Below are positions 30,738-31,340 of a stretch of DNA of 31,340 nucleotides, piece by piece. Position numbers and translations under genes: made by a program. This DNA comes from a virus. The notes under the pieces are model-generated. The model was not told the origin of the DNA. It was given only the letters and a program-made list of their open reading frames with translations, and did no database searches. The stretch lies in the IMG/VR virus record IMGVR_UViG_3300025117_000025; one strand, 5' to 3'. Each line of letters begins with the position of its first letter. Position 1 is the stretch's first letter.

Positions 30738-30747
30738 ATATGCCAAC

Positions 30748-31119
30748 TCATTCATGCACCGCCCCCGGCTTGTCGTCACGGCTGATCGCGTCGTCGATGT
30801 CAATAAATCCAGCGTCCAGGGCATCGCGCCAGGTAGCAAAACCTCTCGCCCCATTCCTGATGACCTCCATCGTTTTGCGCGTCAGAATCCGATAGCCCCA
30901 CTCCGATGTCAGGTTGCCGTCATCATCCAAGAACCTTTGGAGTTGCATGACATCGTACGGATACATTTCATCCTCGGAGTTTATCGCAACTACTTTCTCC
31001 AACCGCCTGCTGTCAGCTTCGAGGGCGGCGAGTTCGACTGTGGCTGCCTGTGCCAACCCGTCAAATCTGATTATCGGTGTGCCTTGTACGGCATCGATCA
31101 ACTCTTTAATCGCGCTCAT
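30748..31119 (-). CDS. Hypothetical protein
   Basis: ATG at 31119 is preceded by GGAGG. Confidence 0.55.
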   Translation of the reverse strand: MSAIKELIDAVQGTPIIRFDGLAQAATVELAALEADSRRLEKVVAINSEDEMYPYDVMQLQRFLDDDGNLTSEWGYRILTRKTMEVIRNGARGFATWRDALDAGFIDIDDAISRDDKPGAVHE

Positions 31120-31146
31120 GTCCGCCTCCGTCCCCAGCTGCGGGGG

Positions 31147-31340
31147 TTATAGGGTCCATCTACCTATATTGGTATTAAGTCTCTCGTTGATCGCCACAAC
31201 CAGAGCCTCGTCGCACACCGTATCAGTAGCCCCGTACTTTCGGAATCTCTCTGCACTCATTACTGATCGCATGAGATTCCTGACGCCAATCGCCGGGGCT
31301 TCGTCGGTAGACGGCGACTCGTTCGCATAGGACATGAGGG
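31147..31340 (-). CDS. C-terminal part of the junction-crossing 89-aa ORF (same gene as 1..203)
   Basis: ...MSYANESPSTDEAPAIGVRNLMRSVMSAERFRKYGATDTVCDEALVVAINERLNTNIGRWTL with the stop at 31147. The track's ATG at 31335 is internal once the circle is closed. Confidence 0.5.
   Translation of the reverse strand, partial: LMSYANESPSTDEAPAIGVRNLMRSVMSAERFRKYGATDTVCDEALVVAINERLNTNIGRWTL
31214..31340. repeat. Terminal duplication, copy 2 (identical to 1..127)
   Basis: 127/127 identity. Confidence 0.9.

Noticed and set aside
1-31340. Lysogeny module (integrase, excisionase, attP) and CRISPR, rRNA or retroelement content
   Set aside because: No ORF shows tyrosine or serine recombinase motifs, no spaced repeat arrays are present, and no reverse-transcriptase motifs were seen. 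The XRE regulator alone does not establish a temperate lifestyle.

Overview
The window is a complete, circularly closed tailed-phage genome with siphovirus-like gene order. Bases 1-127 are identical to 31214-31340, so the unique length is 31,213 bp.

Two divergent transcription arms leave a ~316-bp switch region at 10389-10704.

- **Leftward arm** (10388 down to 221, then through the junction to 28204). It carries an XRE-type HTH regulator and about 35 mostly small, translationally coupled early genes, many of them Cys4 zinc-ribbon or DnaJ-type zinc-finger proteins. It also carries an annealing-protein-like gene, RusA, a LAS-type metallopeptidase, a MazG-like protein, a DUF5131 (Gp37/Gp68) three-Cys protein, an AT-rich LAGLIDADG homing-endonuclease gene, a C5-cytosine DNA methyltransferase and a radical SAM enzyme.
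- **Rightward arm** (10705 to 28156). It starts with a putative initiator gene containing iteron-like repeats and two small genes, followed by a strong terminator and a consensus promoter. Then comes a canonical TerS, TerL, portal, scaffold, capsid, connector, tail tube, chaperone (-1 frameshift), tape measure, tail tip and small membrane/lysis-like gene order.

I found no integrase, tRNA, rRNA or CRISPR array.

Most notable observations:
1. The methyltransferase locus is open in two same-strand frames over its whole 1.14 kb, and each frame has its own family-like motifs.
2. The switch region holds two tandem promoter-plus-terminator units, one of which would make an ~83-nt RNA with an exposed CCUCCU.
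3. A DUF115/GT42-like putative glycosyltransferase sits between the capsid and connector genes.
4. A radical SAM, DUF5131, MazG and methyltransferase cluster straddles the junction.
5. A 17-bp direct repeat brackets the radical SAM gene.

All functional calls come from reading motifs by eye. No searches were run.
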